From Catajapyx aquilonaris (Eukaryota), in NCBI GenBank assembly GCA_000934665.2, contig KZ538752.1:1-49582 (forward strand): a DNA stretch of 49,582 nt. Direction: 5' to 3'. The notes under the pieces were generated by a model. The model was not told where the DNA came from. It saw nothing but the letters and a program-made list of their open reading frames with translations, and did no database searches. A program made the position numbers and the translations under genes. Positions 23,939-37,398 of this stretch are shown here, piece after piece. Each line of letters begins with the position of its first letter. Position 1 is the stretch's first letter.

Positions 23939-24013
23939 GGTCCGGTTTGCATCCCACAGATCTTTCAGCTTTAACCGATGTTATTCATGTATCCGACCTG
24001 GTGCAACTGGCTC
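23939..24013. mobile_element. Short decayed relative of the 3082-3229 Harbinger-like MITE
   Basis: TAA-GGTCCGGTTTGCATC left end and GGTGCAACTGGCTC right end; the right end is 13/14 identical to the TIR at 3216-3229. Confidence 0.55.
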
Positions 24014-26807
24014 TTGTAGAGAATATCTGACCACTAAAGGTCCAATATTCAAGCCACGTTCACCATGGACGGCCAATATAATTTATATGGAAATGTGGAA
24101 GTGGCGATTCTCGAGGAAAATAAAACCGACAATGATGTGAAATGCCTGATTTTTGGTAACTAAGCTAAATAGTAAGTTGAGGCGTTGGTTTATCCCCTAT
24201 GGACACCTTTGACGAAGAGTGACGAAGAAATGAGTTGAGCGAATGAATGGGCAAGATCTGTTGCTGCAGAGATTAAGGCCCGAATCCAAGCAGGCATATG
24301 CTACCTTAGCCCAGGGCAGATTCATGGTGGATGGTCAGTGACACTGTAGACCCAGTGGGTGTTAAGTCCATCCTGTGTAGAAAGTAGGCTAAGCTGTTTG
24401 ATAGAGAATGACAGGGTTGGTTTCGGATGAGGAGCACTTAGGCAGCCGGCTCAGTGCTGGGCCTAATAAGCCGATCGCTTTGTAGAAAACAAGATGTTTG
24501 CCTGAAAGGCTTTTCTTGGGTGGGGTGGGTGGGTGGGGAGTGGGTGGGGAGGCGTGTGAGGATAGGAAAGGAGAGGCAGAGCCCGTAATCTGCGCCTTAC
24601 ATTATCGGAAAGTAGCGCATCTGTGACGGCTGGGATGCTGCGAGCAAGGAGAGGAGATGACGCCCTAATTGCCCCCCGCATAAAGAGACATGGCCCTCCT
24701 CCTAGTCAGGCCCCCAAATCAGATTAGGAACACGGTATTAATTAGCGCTGCTTCCCGCGCATAACGCAAAGTTGGCATCTCCGGAACCAGGGAGGGGCCC
24801 GGGACTAACTTTCCACGACTATCGCATCGCAACTAGACTTAGGACAGGATTCAGACAGAGGGTACAAGATTCACTTGTGCGTGTTGCTCTTAATTGGACT
24901 TATTCTTCCCCTTGCTCTACTTGACACTGGATATTCATGTTGATCTTTTATGCTTCATGTTGACCATACCGGGTGAATATCACTTTTTCGGTCTTCCCAT
25001 AACAATAATATTATTTAATTCATTTGTATTAGACTATTAGTCTGTGAACATGGCGTAATTCATGTTAGTTGTAGGTCAGGGACATTCTTAGAGCAGAATA
25101 TTTGTGCACCTCATACGTGAAACAGCAAGGTTGGAATGTCTAAATGTCTAAATGTCTCAGGTACATCGCATGCATGGTGAATCGGATCACGCCTGCAAAG
25201 TACTGCTTTTCTTGGTTAATTATTCACAGATGATTCGTCCTTAAATGAAAGGACGCTTGAGCACAACAGTGGGCTTGACAAAGGAAACTCAGGAAACTTC
25301 AGAAAGTGAAAATGCCTCTCTACCTTTACTTTTATGTCTCGAGGCTCTGGCATTATACTGCACATTCAACTATACATAACCTCATTCAAGTATTATAGGT
25401 CTACTTGTTCTATCGCTTTTTCCTGTGGAACTGGTGAACATATCGTTATGTACAGGTGCACGCGTATTGTTTAGAATGAGGTTAAGCATATAGTATAGAA
25501 TTATGGCTCTTGTTGTTCACTCCAACTCATGTTCTTATTCGCCTCCATATATACGCGGTTAACACACATACAGTAGTTGCAGAACCTTTTTTTTCTGTAC
25601 TTGGCTTTATAATAAGTTATTTAAAAAGTGTCATTTTTCACTTTGTGCAGAGTCGTATAGAGGAAATTATTTAGAACCATCACAGAAAGTAAACATACGT
25701 AGCTCCTCTTTCGGGCAGGTACAGGACGTATAAAAAGTTCCTAACATTCACCATACGTTTGGGGCTCTTTACATTATAACAACCAGTAAGCTATGCTAAA
25801 AGTGGCATACGATAACCATGAATTGCGAGGGTATTATATACATTCTAAAGTCTGATTAAACAAAATGAGGATTGATGTATGTTAATTTTTTACTAGCCAT
25901 TGCTATAGCATTAGCCGTTTAATCTTAACGCAGGTCTGTACTTTGGCATGGGTTGTATTGATTTGTGCGAGGTTTTGAGATGTAAAAATTGCATGATTGA
26001 GGTAGGGCAAGGGCAGCCTGTAGGCCTAAGTCGATAGTTCACTAGCTGATACAGTATCAAGATTAATACACGGTAGTTGACTATTGATAATTTTATTATG
26101 TAAACAGTCACCTGGGCTAGCTAATTTGTGCTCGTGGTATTTGGTCTTACCTAGTTTTGACACTTGCTAAACATCGCAACGTAGTTATATCCTGGGAGTT
26201 AATTCGTTATTCATCCCGCGAACAGGAAAGTCACCGTGATCCTGAACATTGACACATCCCCTTTGACTGAACGGTACAACGCTACGTGTTACACCTTTCT
26301 ATTTCAAAATGTTCTCCGCTGACAAACTCTGATATAAGTGATATGGAGAAATAATGAAAAAAAACTATTGGACAGCGGAAAGGGGCAATCGAGATGATCG
26401 CGAACGACTTGAGCCAATGTAGTGCAGGAAACGGCGCACGAGTTTTTAAGTCGGGGAAGTGGGGAGGTGGAAGTTGCGTGATGAACCTGCCTGATAATTT
26501 CCCCCCACCAAGTTTGCTGCAGGGAACAATTTTTTTCCCCATATATATCTGATCGACCTTTTAAAAGTTGCCAGGCTAAATTTAGCCTCTGGTTAGTGCC
26601 TTCTGACTTGTATTCAATTTTGCCTGGTGTTTTAATACAGATCTGTACCGTGTAATAATGCGGTCAGGTACGCTAGATATTGGCTGCCTGGCACACCTGT
26701 CTCCACTGTTAACTCTCGGTCGACTCTACGCCAGCTAGTGTCGACCTGTATCGTTCATATGCTAATTTATAGTTTAAAGCAATACTGTAGGCTGTGGAAA
26801 AGGAGTC

Positions 26808-26907
<100 letters not shown>

Positions 26908-29900
26908 AGCGAAGGGAGAGTTAAGGTGGTGTATGGTAAGTTGGCGTGATGAAAATTCTGAAGTGTATTTAGTATGCGTTGTAGGTGTGCGGGAATGTCA
27001 AAATTTGGGATTCGATAAGGCGATAGCGAGTTTGCAGTGCAGTGGCGTGAAAAGCGGCCATTAAGTGGTGTCCAAACCGCAGCCCTTAAAAAACCTCCCT
27101 CTTCGTCTCAAGGTGAATGCTTCCCAAAGCGTCTCCTTTCCAAAGGGTGCTCTTACCTGCTTAACTCCTCTTTCCTAACGAGCCTTTATTTCTGGATCCG
27201 GTTGCCAGCTAGAACACCGTAGCCGAAATCTGCCAAATAATTGATAAGGAGGAAAAGCAGTTGACTTACCTGCGTGTTGCTTATTCCTGGGGCCTGATTG
27301 CGCACGCCCATCGGCTGCCAATCGACGTGACCGGTAAGGTGGTTCATCTCGGAAATAGGCTCCCGACAAGGTCGATAGCCCTGATTGATATCCATCGGAC
27401 CCATCCCCTACCACTTGATTTCTTCGAGGCTCAGCCTAGCACGAAACATGGCGCCATACTTAGCACAAGACCAGGTCCTAAATTTTTTGGACATGTACTG
27501 TACATTCCTCTGGAGTAAACTGAAATGCTGAAGGACAACATCCATCTGGGTGTGTGCTTCCTTTTATTTATATAAAAAACTACTGTTCAGCCATGAACAG
27601 ACTAATACAATCACATTATAAGAGGATATGGCGCCATATTTGGTGACGGAAGGGACTCTATGAAATCCCTGACTGGATGCGAGAGATCGCGCTTTTTTTT
27701 CATCTAGGAGAAAAAAAAGCTGAGACAGAAGACTGCTGTGTTGGTCGGACAGATGTAAAGTCGACAGGATACGAAGGAAGCAAAACGAAGAAAAAGCACG
27801 GGTGCCGGGGAGGAAAAGAGGAAAATCCCGTGTCGGCCGTCATCTATTCGCATTACGGCTCGACGCTCGACACGCTTCTTCTCCTAACAAAGCATCCAGT
27901 TTTAGCAACCTTCCCCCACCTTTCTCCCTCCTTCCCTCTCCTCCTCCTCCCCACCCTCACCTCCACCTTCCCTGAGCCACAAACAGGATGCCAGTGTTCT
28001 ACGATGCTGGTGATCGATTTGTTGAATATGCAGGATTTGTGGAGTTTCCCTTTAGGTGGGTCGCACGTAACGGTAGCGTTACGGATGCACACTTTGATTT
28101 CAATCATGGCGCACAGAATTTTGAGTTTTGTTGTGGATTTTTGGTGGATTCTGAGATCCGTTGAGCTGGTGTGTGTGTGGGTGAAGGTGGGGGTCTCCTG
28201 GAATAATAATTTGCCGGTGGCGTGTTGGACACCGCGCCTATTACATTAGGCTCAATCACGGGTGAAAAATCGCCCCTTAAGTTTGCCGTTACATGACCTG
28301 GTGGCCGTTCCTAGTCATGGAAAGGCTTCAATCATTTCTTGGCTTTTGCAGCACAGAATAGGCACGCGCCGCCTTCCCACCCTTCCCACCCCCCTCCCCA
28401 CTCCGGACCTCCAAAACGAAAAGGGGAGCGATTAACAAAAAAAATTAAAGACTGGCCTACTTACATTATTCACCCTGTCAAAGTGCTGAGGTCATTCCGA
28501 CGCCTAATTCAGGAACCCCCCACCCCTACATGCATAATTTGATTTATGCCTCTTAGGAATCGATAGTACGGGTATAGTGACCGGAGAGGGTTCTATGTAC
28601 ACTGTACGTCACGATCATCAACTTGCCCCAGGTACAGAACATTCCAATTGACGATCCAATTCTGTAACTGTAAACATGGGTTCCCCAGGGATCCGTCACA
28701 TGCCACTGTCTTGTAACGGATGACCTATGAGTTATTCATTATAAAGGTAGAGATTTTGAAAAAAATATTTAATACACGGCGGGGTCATTGCGGCCATAAA
28801 GCTGTTTATTGCCAGGGTGGAAGCGGCGCCAGCGAATTTACTAACTATAATTGCTCATATGGCATCGTTTTGGGACTGGTTGGAAAAAAAAGGATTTTTG
28901 TGGACTGAAAAGTGTTTCTTGTGGAGGTTTTCGAATGGACTGGAGTCACGCATGCAGCAAATCCAGCTGAAGGGTGACCGGTATTGATTTGGGGGATCTA
29001 TTTTCCACCGAGGTTGCAAGTGCTGCAATTTTCTGGCCAATGTGCTGCGAAAAAGAAAAAAAAGGGGAGCAAGGCCTTGATTTTATAATGACGAATTATA
29101 TATGCCAAACAGGGTTTTGGACCAATAATTAACTCTAGATGAATATTTATGGGAAGATTTCTGCACCGTTACTTTGGGTTATTCAGATTCCGTGTGGGTG
29201 CGCAGACTCGTGACCTTTCCTAACTTTATTTTTGCCTTTTTGGAGGCCCATCTACAGTATAGCCCACCGCTACTCCTGGGGGCACTCGCTTCTTTGCTCT
29301 CTGCAAGGTCAATTGCTTTCCAAGTTATGACACGGTGCAATGCACTAGCTCCACAATCCTTGAAATAGAATGGGCTACAGGTACTCGGTTTTTCAGGAAC
29401 TGGCGCGTCCACGGTTATTCAGAGAAGGCGACAACGGAAATTATTTTGGGAGGAACCATTGTATGCTCTTTGCAAAATGTCCCTGCTCAGAGTTTGTATA
29501 GAAGGGATTTCCAGGCCATTTACAGGATGCGTGGGGAGGAATAATGGCCCTAGAGGATTCACGCTGTTTGGCATCTGGAAATTGTGGTTTACTTTGAAAT
29601 CTCCACGTTTAAAAAAAATCAGATATATTTGATCAGGTGATTGGAGACATTCCCACTCACTTGGAAAATGTCGCATTTTAGAAATGCGTATATACAACCG
29701 AAATGAATTTTTTACCATATAAGGAATGCGTGCGGTCACGTCTGAGGAACTTTTTACGGGAATGTTTCCACGTCCAGTATATGAGCTTTTTCAATCCGGA
29801 AAGTACACCGGTTGTGTGTGTGACACATTTGGTGATGCTGAGTAACAAATGAAATAGGCCATTACGGTACGTGCTGAACGGAGTGTCTCTCATATTGCAT

Positions 29901-30393
29901 TTCGCTCATTTACCCCTGCACATTATGTTACAGAACAGTTGGATCAAAGCGGTGTGCCAAATGCTGAGTATAAAAGAGGTCCAAATGTAGCAAATCTGTT
30001 GGAAAATATGCCGAGGGTATAGCACCGGTCTTCCGCCGCCACAACCGGCATGCAGCAGGCCACTATAATAGGGATGAAAACCGTTCCTGAAAGGGTTGTA
30101 CTACGGAATCATTAAGTTCTTTTTTTGTGGCTCCTGCAAAGTTGAAGAGCTCGGATTGGGATCTTTCCATTCTCAGAAATTCAACTCTAATTAACGCAAG
30201 CTCCCGGAAACTATAAATGAGAGAGCCGGCCATAGCACGTGAATTGTATAGCTACTTATACATTTCCGAGCGACTTAGGTAACTGTTATATTTGTGTGGA
30301 GCACTTTGGGTTGATTCACTGATCCGCCGCATGCAGATAATAAGGGAGAAAGTAAATATGAAATAATAATTAAGACGAAAGTGTATCTATATA

Positions 30394-30545
30394 CAGCAGG
30401 GTGTTCTAAAAGTAGCACTTCCAGATTATTTTATGTAGAATTCCGGAGATATGACGTTGAAAACCTTTTCCATTGAAAGCTCACATCTGGGCTTCTAACA
30501 TAATGTTCGGTATGCCTGCCACCGGTTTTCAATTTACTCCTCCAC
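30394..30545 (-). mobile_element. Tc1/mariner-superfamily terminal fragment
   Basis: TA-CAG(CAG)GGTGTTC terminus; the minus strand encodes a frameshifted IEN/GGRHTEH resembling the transposase C-terminal NGGH.EH motif. Confidence 0.45.
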
Positions 30546-31106
30546 TTTGTGACCAAAGCTTTCGACAAACGTGAATATGTAGGCTATTCATAACGCAGGG
30601 ACCTCCTCTCTTCCTGTACTGGGGCGATGCGCTATTGATGATCTGTTCTATTGACGAGTATACTCTATAACTACGGGTACATCATGCAAAAGCATTAAAA
30701 ATTTATTACTTGTGACAGAATGTCACCAGAATGCTCACAGGCAAGCACAGAAATGTAACGGCGAAAGGAGAACCATTGCCAGATTCACTCAGATGGGGAC
30801 CTGAATCCATCTGTCATGATGTATTTTTTCTTATACTGTACATGCTGTAACTGTACTGACACAAATATTTGGGAAGAGGTAGGGATCCGCGACTTTTGAT
30901 CATTCACACTATTTTGTGCCGAGTGTGCTGAACAAGACCTACTATGCAGGGTGTTCCTCTGTTAATGACCACAGAGCGGAGGCAGGGAAGAGTTGATGGA
31001 TTAGGTCATCCCTGGTGATGTAGAGCGGCATGCAAAAAGGAAGGCCCAAACTTTGTGCCGAGTCTGTATATTGGAGTTCGAATGCGGATCAGGAATGATT
31101 AATATT

Positions 31107-31360
31107 GAGGGGTGGGGTGGAAAAAGGTGATAACCCTCATTTTTGTCATGTTTGACCTAAACACATAGCGACTACTCTATGTAAAAGACATGACAAACAA
31201 TTTGGTATACTCCAGGTTTACTTATCATGCACGAGACGTCAACATGGACTAGATCAAAACCAGCCTTATTCCCTATGATTTGTGAAGATAATGCAAACTT
31301 CAATGAGCTCTTCTGAAAAAACACTTTTGTGGGTTATCACCTTTTTCCACCACACCCCTC
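31107..31360. mobile_element. MITE with 30-bp TIRs and GAG termini (Sola-like)
   Basis: GAGGGGTGGGGTGGAAAAAGGTGATAACCC (31107-31136) matches the reverse complement of 31331-31360 at 29/30. Flanks TATT / CATT may be a mutated 4-bp TSD. Superfamily is inferred. Confidence 0.8.
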
Positions 31361-31402
31361 CATTCATCAACTGTCCCCCTTCGCCATCCTAGAATAGTAA
31401 AG

Positions 31403-31553
31403 AGCTCCCCGAGTCAGGAATACATTCGGATTGGTTTTACATTTTGGCCAAGGGACTTTATTCTCATGGTAATATAGTCTGCCATAAATTTGTATATAAA
31501 TTTTGCTTTTGAATAAAGGAATGCTGCTTCCGAAACTTTCTGATTACCCTGTA
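31403..31553 (+). mobile_element. Decayed mariner 3' fragment
   Basis: GACTTTATTCTCATGGTAATATAGTCTGCCA resembles a frameshifted DFY..GI..LP mariner C-terminal motif; ends GAAACTTTCTGATTACCCTG+TA. Confidence 0.45.
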
Positions 31554-32784
31554 CATGTAAGTTATAAATACGCAATTGAAATCATATGAAAAGTGCCCAG
31601 TTACAAGTTAGTGAGTGCCCTTATTCCTTGCAATTCGGAATTGGTTATGCACACTGTGCTCTTCTTCGTGAAAAATGACACGTGTGAATTTCTGCCCTAA
31701 CAAAATATGCCGTAATACTTTCTGAATAATTTCTACTTCCTTTCAGACACATAGATAAACGTCCTACAAACTTGTGTCAGCCGCGCAACTGGCCCAATAA
31801 AGAACGTCTTGTGGTAGAATCTAATTTATGTTGTCACACTGCGGGTGTTGATTTGTTGTGAATGGGCTCCGATAAAATCACGCTTACTACACCCACATTG
31901 ATGACGCCTATAATTAACGCCAGATCGTATGTACATATTAATCACCGGCGATAATTATTTGGCAGTTAGTGCTCAGCTGCAGCGTTTATTGGTTGTCGAA
32001 CTAATCTTTGACATCATTTATTTAATAATGGTTCCTGCGAGCTGGCAACGCATTCTGTGCATGAGACGCGGGGAAATCTATTCCTGAGCCATTTGAATAG
32101 TTCTATAGGACCGCCGTCGCTTGAAGAGTGGCGCTGTCATGGGAGGGGACATTCTGGTGAAATTGAAGGCTTGTTGAAAAGAGGACTAAAAAGGAGTTAG
32201 TCGGGTGTCTCGAGAGGCTGTCATGTCGGGCTGTCATTTGCCCGAGGAGAAGTCTGCGAGTGACAAAAATAGTATGGGAGTGTAGAGGGGGCCCATTCGA
32301 AGCGGCCATAAAACGACGCATTAAGGCAAGCTCCTGATTCACAAATGGCGACTTATGGCTCAATTGGGCTCAGGTGGCGCGTCCTAGTGGCCTCCAGCTG
32401 AGACATATGTGGCGAGTTAATGCTGACACCAGGAGGAACGCCTTTTCAAAAGTGCTCCATGATTACATCTGAGGAACATCAAATCGCCTCCTTTTACGCA
32501 TACTTTATCAGGACTCTAAAAATTCTCTATTTTCAAACTGCGCATTACAACCGCGCTCAGCGAAAGATGGGTTCAAGGCCATCAAGTTCAAAAAATGGGA
32601 TTCAAATCGTGACATCAATTTCGAATTACAGGGATTTTGGTTCAAGTTCAACTTTTCACCCGATTGTATTTGTGTATTTATCAGTTTTCACGACTTCGGG
32701 AAATATACTGTATTGTGTGATATGATAACTTTGCCGTAACAGCTAAACAATTGGCCGCCACAAAACTTTGCTATTGTTTACTAA

Positions 32785-32984
32785 GGCCTGGTTACGTGGT
32801 GGCAAATAAAAAAAACACAGCTGGCTGATCGTTGTTAGTGTTTGCAACAATTACCAAACAAGGATAAACAAGCATTTACTATCAATCACGCAACCGAACC
32901 GAACTCGATAATGTATCGCTGCTGCACAGTTTAAAGTTTTGGGATGACATAATGAAAGGCCAGCAAGTTTATGGTGACCAGGCA
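32785..32984. mobile_element. Possible old Harbinger-like MITE
   Basis: TAA-GGCCTGGTTAC left end and GTGACCAGGC (32974-32983) right end; there is little other support. Confidence 0.3.
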
Positions 32985-33505
32985 AGTTACACAATTATGC
33001 TGTCATGGGTAAAACTGGATGGCATATAGTCTGTAGACGCCCAAATCAGGTTCTCATGATGTGGTCGTTACGGTGTAATGACTCTGTCATAGATATTTCA
33101 ACATGGCCATTGGCAGTCATGGGAAGATAATTTATAAATTCAGCAGGCACTGTCAGCTTCTAATTCTTACCATTTATGGCCCGTTACATTTCCTTCTTTT
33201 ATTTGAAGGTTTGCTTAGTATTGCTACTCCCCGATCTAAAGTGCCATCCGTTCAGAACACCATGCTAAGAATATATTGTGGTTGGCGTAACGGACCGTGA
33301 CGTCAAGCCAGTGTTTGCTTCAGTCCCTTCCACTGTGGCATTCTTTCTTGCAAAAATTATATAAGAAAAAAGATCAGCAGTAAGGAACTTACCAGGGTAC
33401 ATCTTATTCCAGCAACACTTGGGCCTTGAGTGTGACCACGATGCCTCCACCTGCGCTTTCCGCGGAACACTATCCTAAAGATTCTAAACAATGTATGTGT
33501 TGAAC

Positions 33506-33508
<3 letters not shown>

Positions 33509-33598
<90 letters not shown>
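33509..33598. repeat. Compound microsatellite (TAA)14(TGA)16
   Basis: Perfect trinucleotide runs that switch unit in register at 33551. Confidence 0.98.
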
Positions 33599-33600
<2 letters not shown>

Positions 33601-36327
33601 GGAATGTTCCGCCGAGAAGACAACACCTTTGGGTGTCGAGGTTGCTATTACTTCCATTAAAAGTGGCATTCTCATGATGGGATCGTGCATTATTTTATGG
33701 TGTCATTTAAACTTCACTTACAAGGGCCAGATGAATGGTGGGCAAAGTTTGATTTTAAACGAGATTTCCATAGTAAATTACTTAATGAAACCCCGAGCTT
33801 CTGCGAAATCCCCTTAAGGCACACGACTGCTAATCAAAATTTATTTTTAAACGCCTGCCTTGTTATGAGCAGATTGTACTGCAGGACAAGGTGATGCAAT
33901 ATTAATTATGTTGTGGGGTTAAATTCGGATATATTTACAAGAGAAAGTTACACCACAATCATTATTTTGGCAGTCAGGGTGGGGGCCAGGGGAGAAAAAA
34001 CAAACACTATACTTCAGTGTCAGACATAACATGTAAATTATTTATGAGGATGACTTAACAAAATGAGTCCTTTGTTTTTAACTGCCCAGTGGACAACTCT
34101 GCTAATGATGGGGTCTGTCTGCACTTTTGCCAAGTACGGTACTTGTATAAATTAGTAAAATAACGGAGTAATTCTCTGTTGATTATGTATGAGGCATTCA
34201 CTCCCACTTTGAGTCACTGTCTTCTTATTCTGAGAATGCTGCTTGCGTGCCATCATTGGGCTGTTATGTACTGTACTATGATGCAGGTCTATGACTTACA
34301 TAGAGTGGGTTAAGGGTTTAGCAATGGTGCCAGCACGGAGACACATGTCAATCCTAGGAAAGGAATAAATGTTAAATAAAGTGTCGAGTGGAGAAGGATC
34401 CACGAAACAAAAAAAAAGAATTCAAGTCTCAGTTAAATAATAAATGAAGAACGGAAATGCGCATAAATAAATGGGAACCTAAGTCAGTAACCTGTAACCC
34501 ATCGCCCCAAGGGGAAGAAAAGGTTTGTGGACAAAGTTCTCAAACGCACATTGTGTAAGCTGGCGTGAATATCCATTTAAGTGGTGCAATTAGCAATAAT
34601 TTCTTGCATCGTTGCCTCTTGTATACTTTGTGGATGGTGAAATTTATTCAAGTACTACCCTGTTCCTTAGGCCTAGCCCAACTCTTTCTCCCTGGGAATA
34701 GTTGGACTTTGAAACAGCAGCAGCAGCTCCTAAAAGCTGCATATATTCTTCTCTCCTAAAAAAATGCAGTAACTTTTACGGCTGCTTTATGCAGCTGCAC
34801 TGGCGATACCGCAACTTCGTGGCTGCACAGGTAGCAGGCACTTCGTCTGACAACTTTGTCCGCAAAAATGGCATAGATTTTTAGGGAAGCCGCTCTCCTG
34901 GTCCCTTTTCCTGGTCCCGTTTTGCTTGGCTTCTTTTCTTTCCTAGCCTAGCAGCGTAAATGAGTAATGCATTTTGCGAGGGGCTGTTTCTTAAAAGATG
35001 TAACCGGATTCGAGTTTGTGATAAGTTCTCGGCGCCTGGTATAGAATATGTACGTACTGGAGCTTTCTTTGGGGCCTGCGGCTTTTAGCCTAACGTTCGC
35101 TGTGGGGCCTATTCATATTTAATGCCGGGCAGTTCTGGACCTGCCACTTTGATGTTTGTTCTGCCAGCTTGTTGTTGTTGTTTTTTTTGCGCACAGCGTG
35201 GTAATATCCGGAGTGGTTATGTTATCGACAAATGTATATTTAGATATTAGAATTAACTACGATTACTGGTCTGTGTTGTCCATTAGATAAATGGACAGTG
35301 GGGCACTCAATCGTGCGAATTATCATTGGCTGGCGTCATGTAATATTCAAGTGGTCATGGGATGACAATGGATGTATAGGGTGTGCCGAAATTCGGTTCC
35401 CTACAAATGACTCCATTTAGCGAGATGCGCTGCTGTTATTAGGCGTTACTTGTTCGGGTCGCCAAAATTTACACATTTATAGGCCTGTAACGTCGACTGA
35501 AAATAACTGGGTTGATATCTATATCTAGGATCCTTGAACCGCTATGCCAGAACGAATGAATAAGTTAGAGGCTTCAGGGCGGTCTATGACATGGAATAGC
35601 TTTTGACTGTAATTTGTGGCTGGTTAAAAAATGACCATGCTGCCGAAAACGACTCTAGATGATTAAGATGTAGCATTGATTGAACTTTGTCCAACTATAA
35701 ATTTTTTATCCACTGGCTGCGTGGCATAAGCTAAATTCCGTTCCTAGTATTATATGTATTATTGAAGAAATTTGTTCTTGGGTGGAACGAGTGTTTTTTT
35801 CCCCCTAATGACATTGATCGTATCGTTACGTTGTTTCAAAAAACCGCCCGGTATTCAAATGAAAAGGCGTGACTCTCATTTACTCGACCCTTTTACATCG
35901 AGTCGCATGCCTGTATACTGCATGTAACTGGTAAATAAATAAACATCATCGAAGTGGGTTCCACTCTGTACAAAGGGGGGAAACCCGGCCACTAATTATG
36001 AAGGAATAATCAAGCCTGAAGCAGTAGCATTGAAATGCTCTATGAATGAGCCATAAGGGAAGTAGGTTAAATAGTCCTACTTTGTAGGTACCCCTAACCG
36101 CTTCCTGCGGTTCGTCCAACCGTGAATTTGGGGGCTGCGGGTTACATAGTGATCTTATCCTGGTCCCCACCTGGATATCTAATTGGGATCGTTTCCGACC
36201 CGTTCCCTCACTTCACCTTTCATTCACACGCTTTTTTGTGCCGTGTGTGTGTGTAGCCCACACCGGATTTGTGCATCGCTTCCGATTCGACCAGAAAAAC
36301 CTTGAAAAACCCAACGTTTGCCTCTTT

Positions 36328-36345
36328 TTTATTTATTTATTTATT
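36328..36345 (-). terminator. Candidate polyadenylation signals of kek1 (overlapping AATAAA x4)
   Basis: Plus-strand TTTATTTATTTATTTATT gives four overlapping AATAAA hexamers on the minus strand, ~1.06 kb after the stop codon. It could also simply be a (TTTA)n repeat. Confidence 0.3.
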
Positions 36346-37398
36346 TTGCCTAGAATGCTCGTAGATCATGTCGCCTTCGGATTAGCCCCTTTCGATCTAT
36401 TTCAAGCTAGGATTATGATCGTGCCGGAGTCTAGCGATTGGGTCCAGTTAAATAGTTAAGTAGCGGGAGTCTTGTGGGAGTATAACTGGAGAGACCGGAT
36501 TTACCCTTGGGTGGCGAGAAGACCGCGAATTTAGAGCGAGTTCGACCAAACAGAAGGAGAGTCTTAACCGTGGCAAAGTCAAGGGAGGTGGAATCAAGAA
36601 AGGCGTCATGTATGAACTTCCAGGCTGCACCTTTTTTTCGATTTGTATTTCCAAAGTCATACATACAGGAGACTAAAAGGTGGTGACCGACCCCAATGAC
36701 CACACCCCTCAAAAAACGCAAGTACAGAGTCATACACAGAGGAAAAAAACAAAACAAAAATCCAGGAAGCAATTTCCATCATGACAACAACATGGGTGGG
36801 GGGAAGATGGTGGGTGGGGAAGGGGGGGGGGCAATGAAAACATTACAGTGTGTAATTTACGACCCAATTTGTTCAATTAACACTCAATTCTTCCTGGATT
36901 TACGGCCCAATTCGGGTTGATTCGGTGGGGGATACAGCACAAGTAAAAAATGAGCCACGTTGGGGGATACGGGGGAAAAGATGGTTTCTAGCAGCACTGT
37001 GTTCCCTTTGTACATAAAAAGAGCCGGCCCCCCCCTTTTTTGCACAAGGTTGACGTTGGCTGGTGGGAGAAGTTACGGGGGATTGGAACATGGGGCGACG
37101 GGAGGGAGGGGTTGGGGGAAGGGGGGACATAGCGGCATGTTTTAGTAATCACTTTGGTAATTAGCTGTGTCGGGTCTGCGGGGCCTTCATCAGACTGGCA
37201 GACATCAAGTTGAGCCTTTCTCTCTCTCATACACACACACACATTCACCCACCCTCTCTCTCCCTCTCTTTCTCTCTCTTTTTGTTACCTCACATATAGC
37301 GACGTATTGGAAGTGCGTGTGGTCAAAAAAAACAAGGGAAAAAAAACGTGAGACACGCATCAGGAGGTATATTTTCCACAGAATGGTCGCCAATGTGT

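Noticed and set aside
27677..28249. 190-aa ORF
   Set aside because: Low-complexity purine/pyrimidine tracts, no recognisable domain and no evident codon bias.
30394..31553. One 1.15-kb Tc1/mariner element bounded by CAGGGT...ACCCTG
   Set aside because: Ends match at only 13/17, and each end carries a transposase C-terminal remnant in opposite orientation, so two separate 3' fragments are more likely.
33357..33690. Poly-Ile and poly-His/Tyr ORFs
   Set aside because: Translations of the (TAA)n(TGA)n microsatellite.
36796..37126. G-quadruplex-like tracts near the kek1 3' end
   Set aside because: The G-rich strand is antisense to the mRNA and G runs are ubiquitous in this window, so there is no specific signal.
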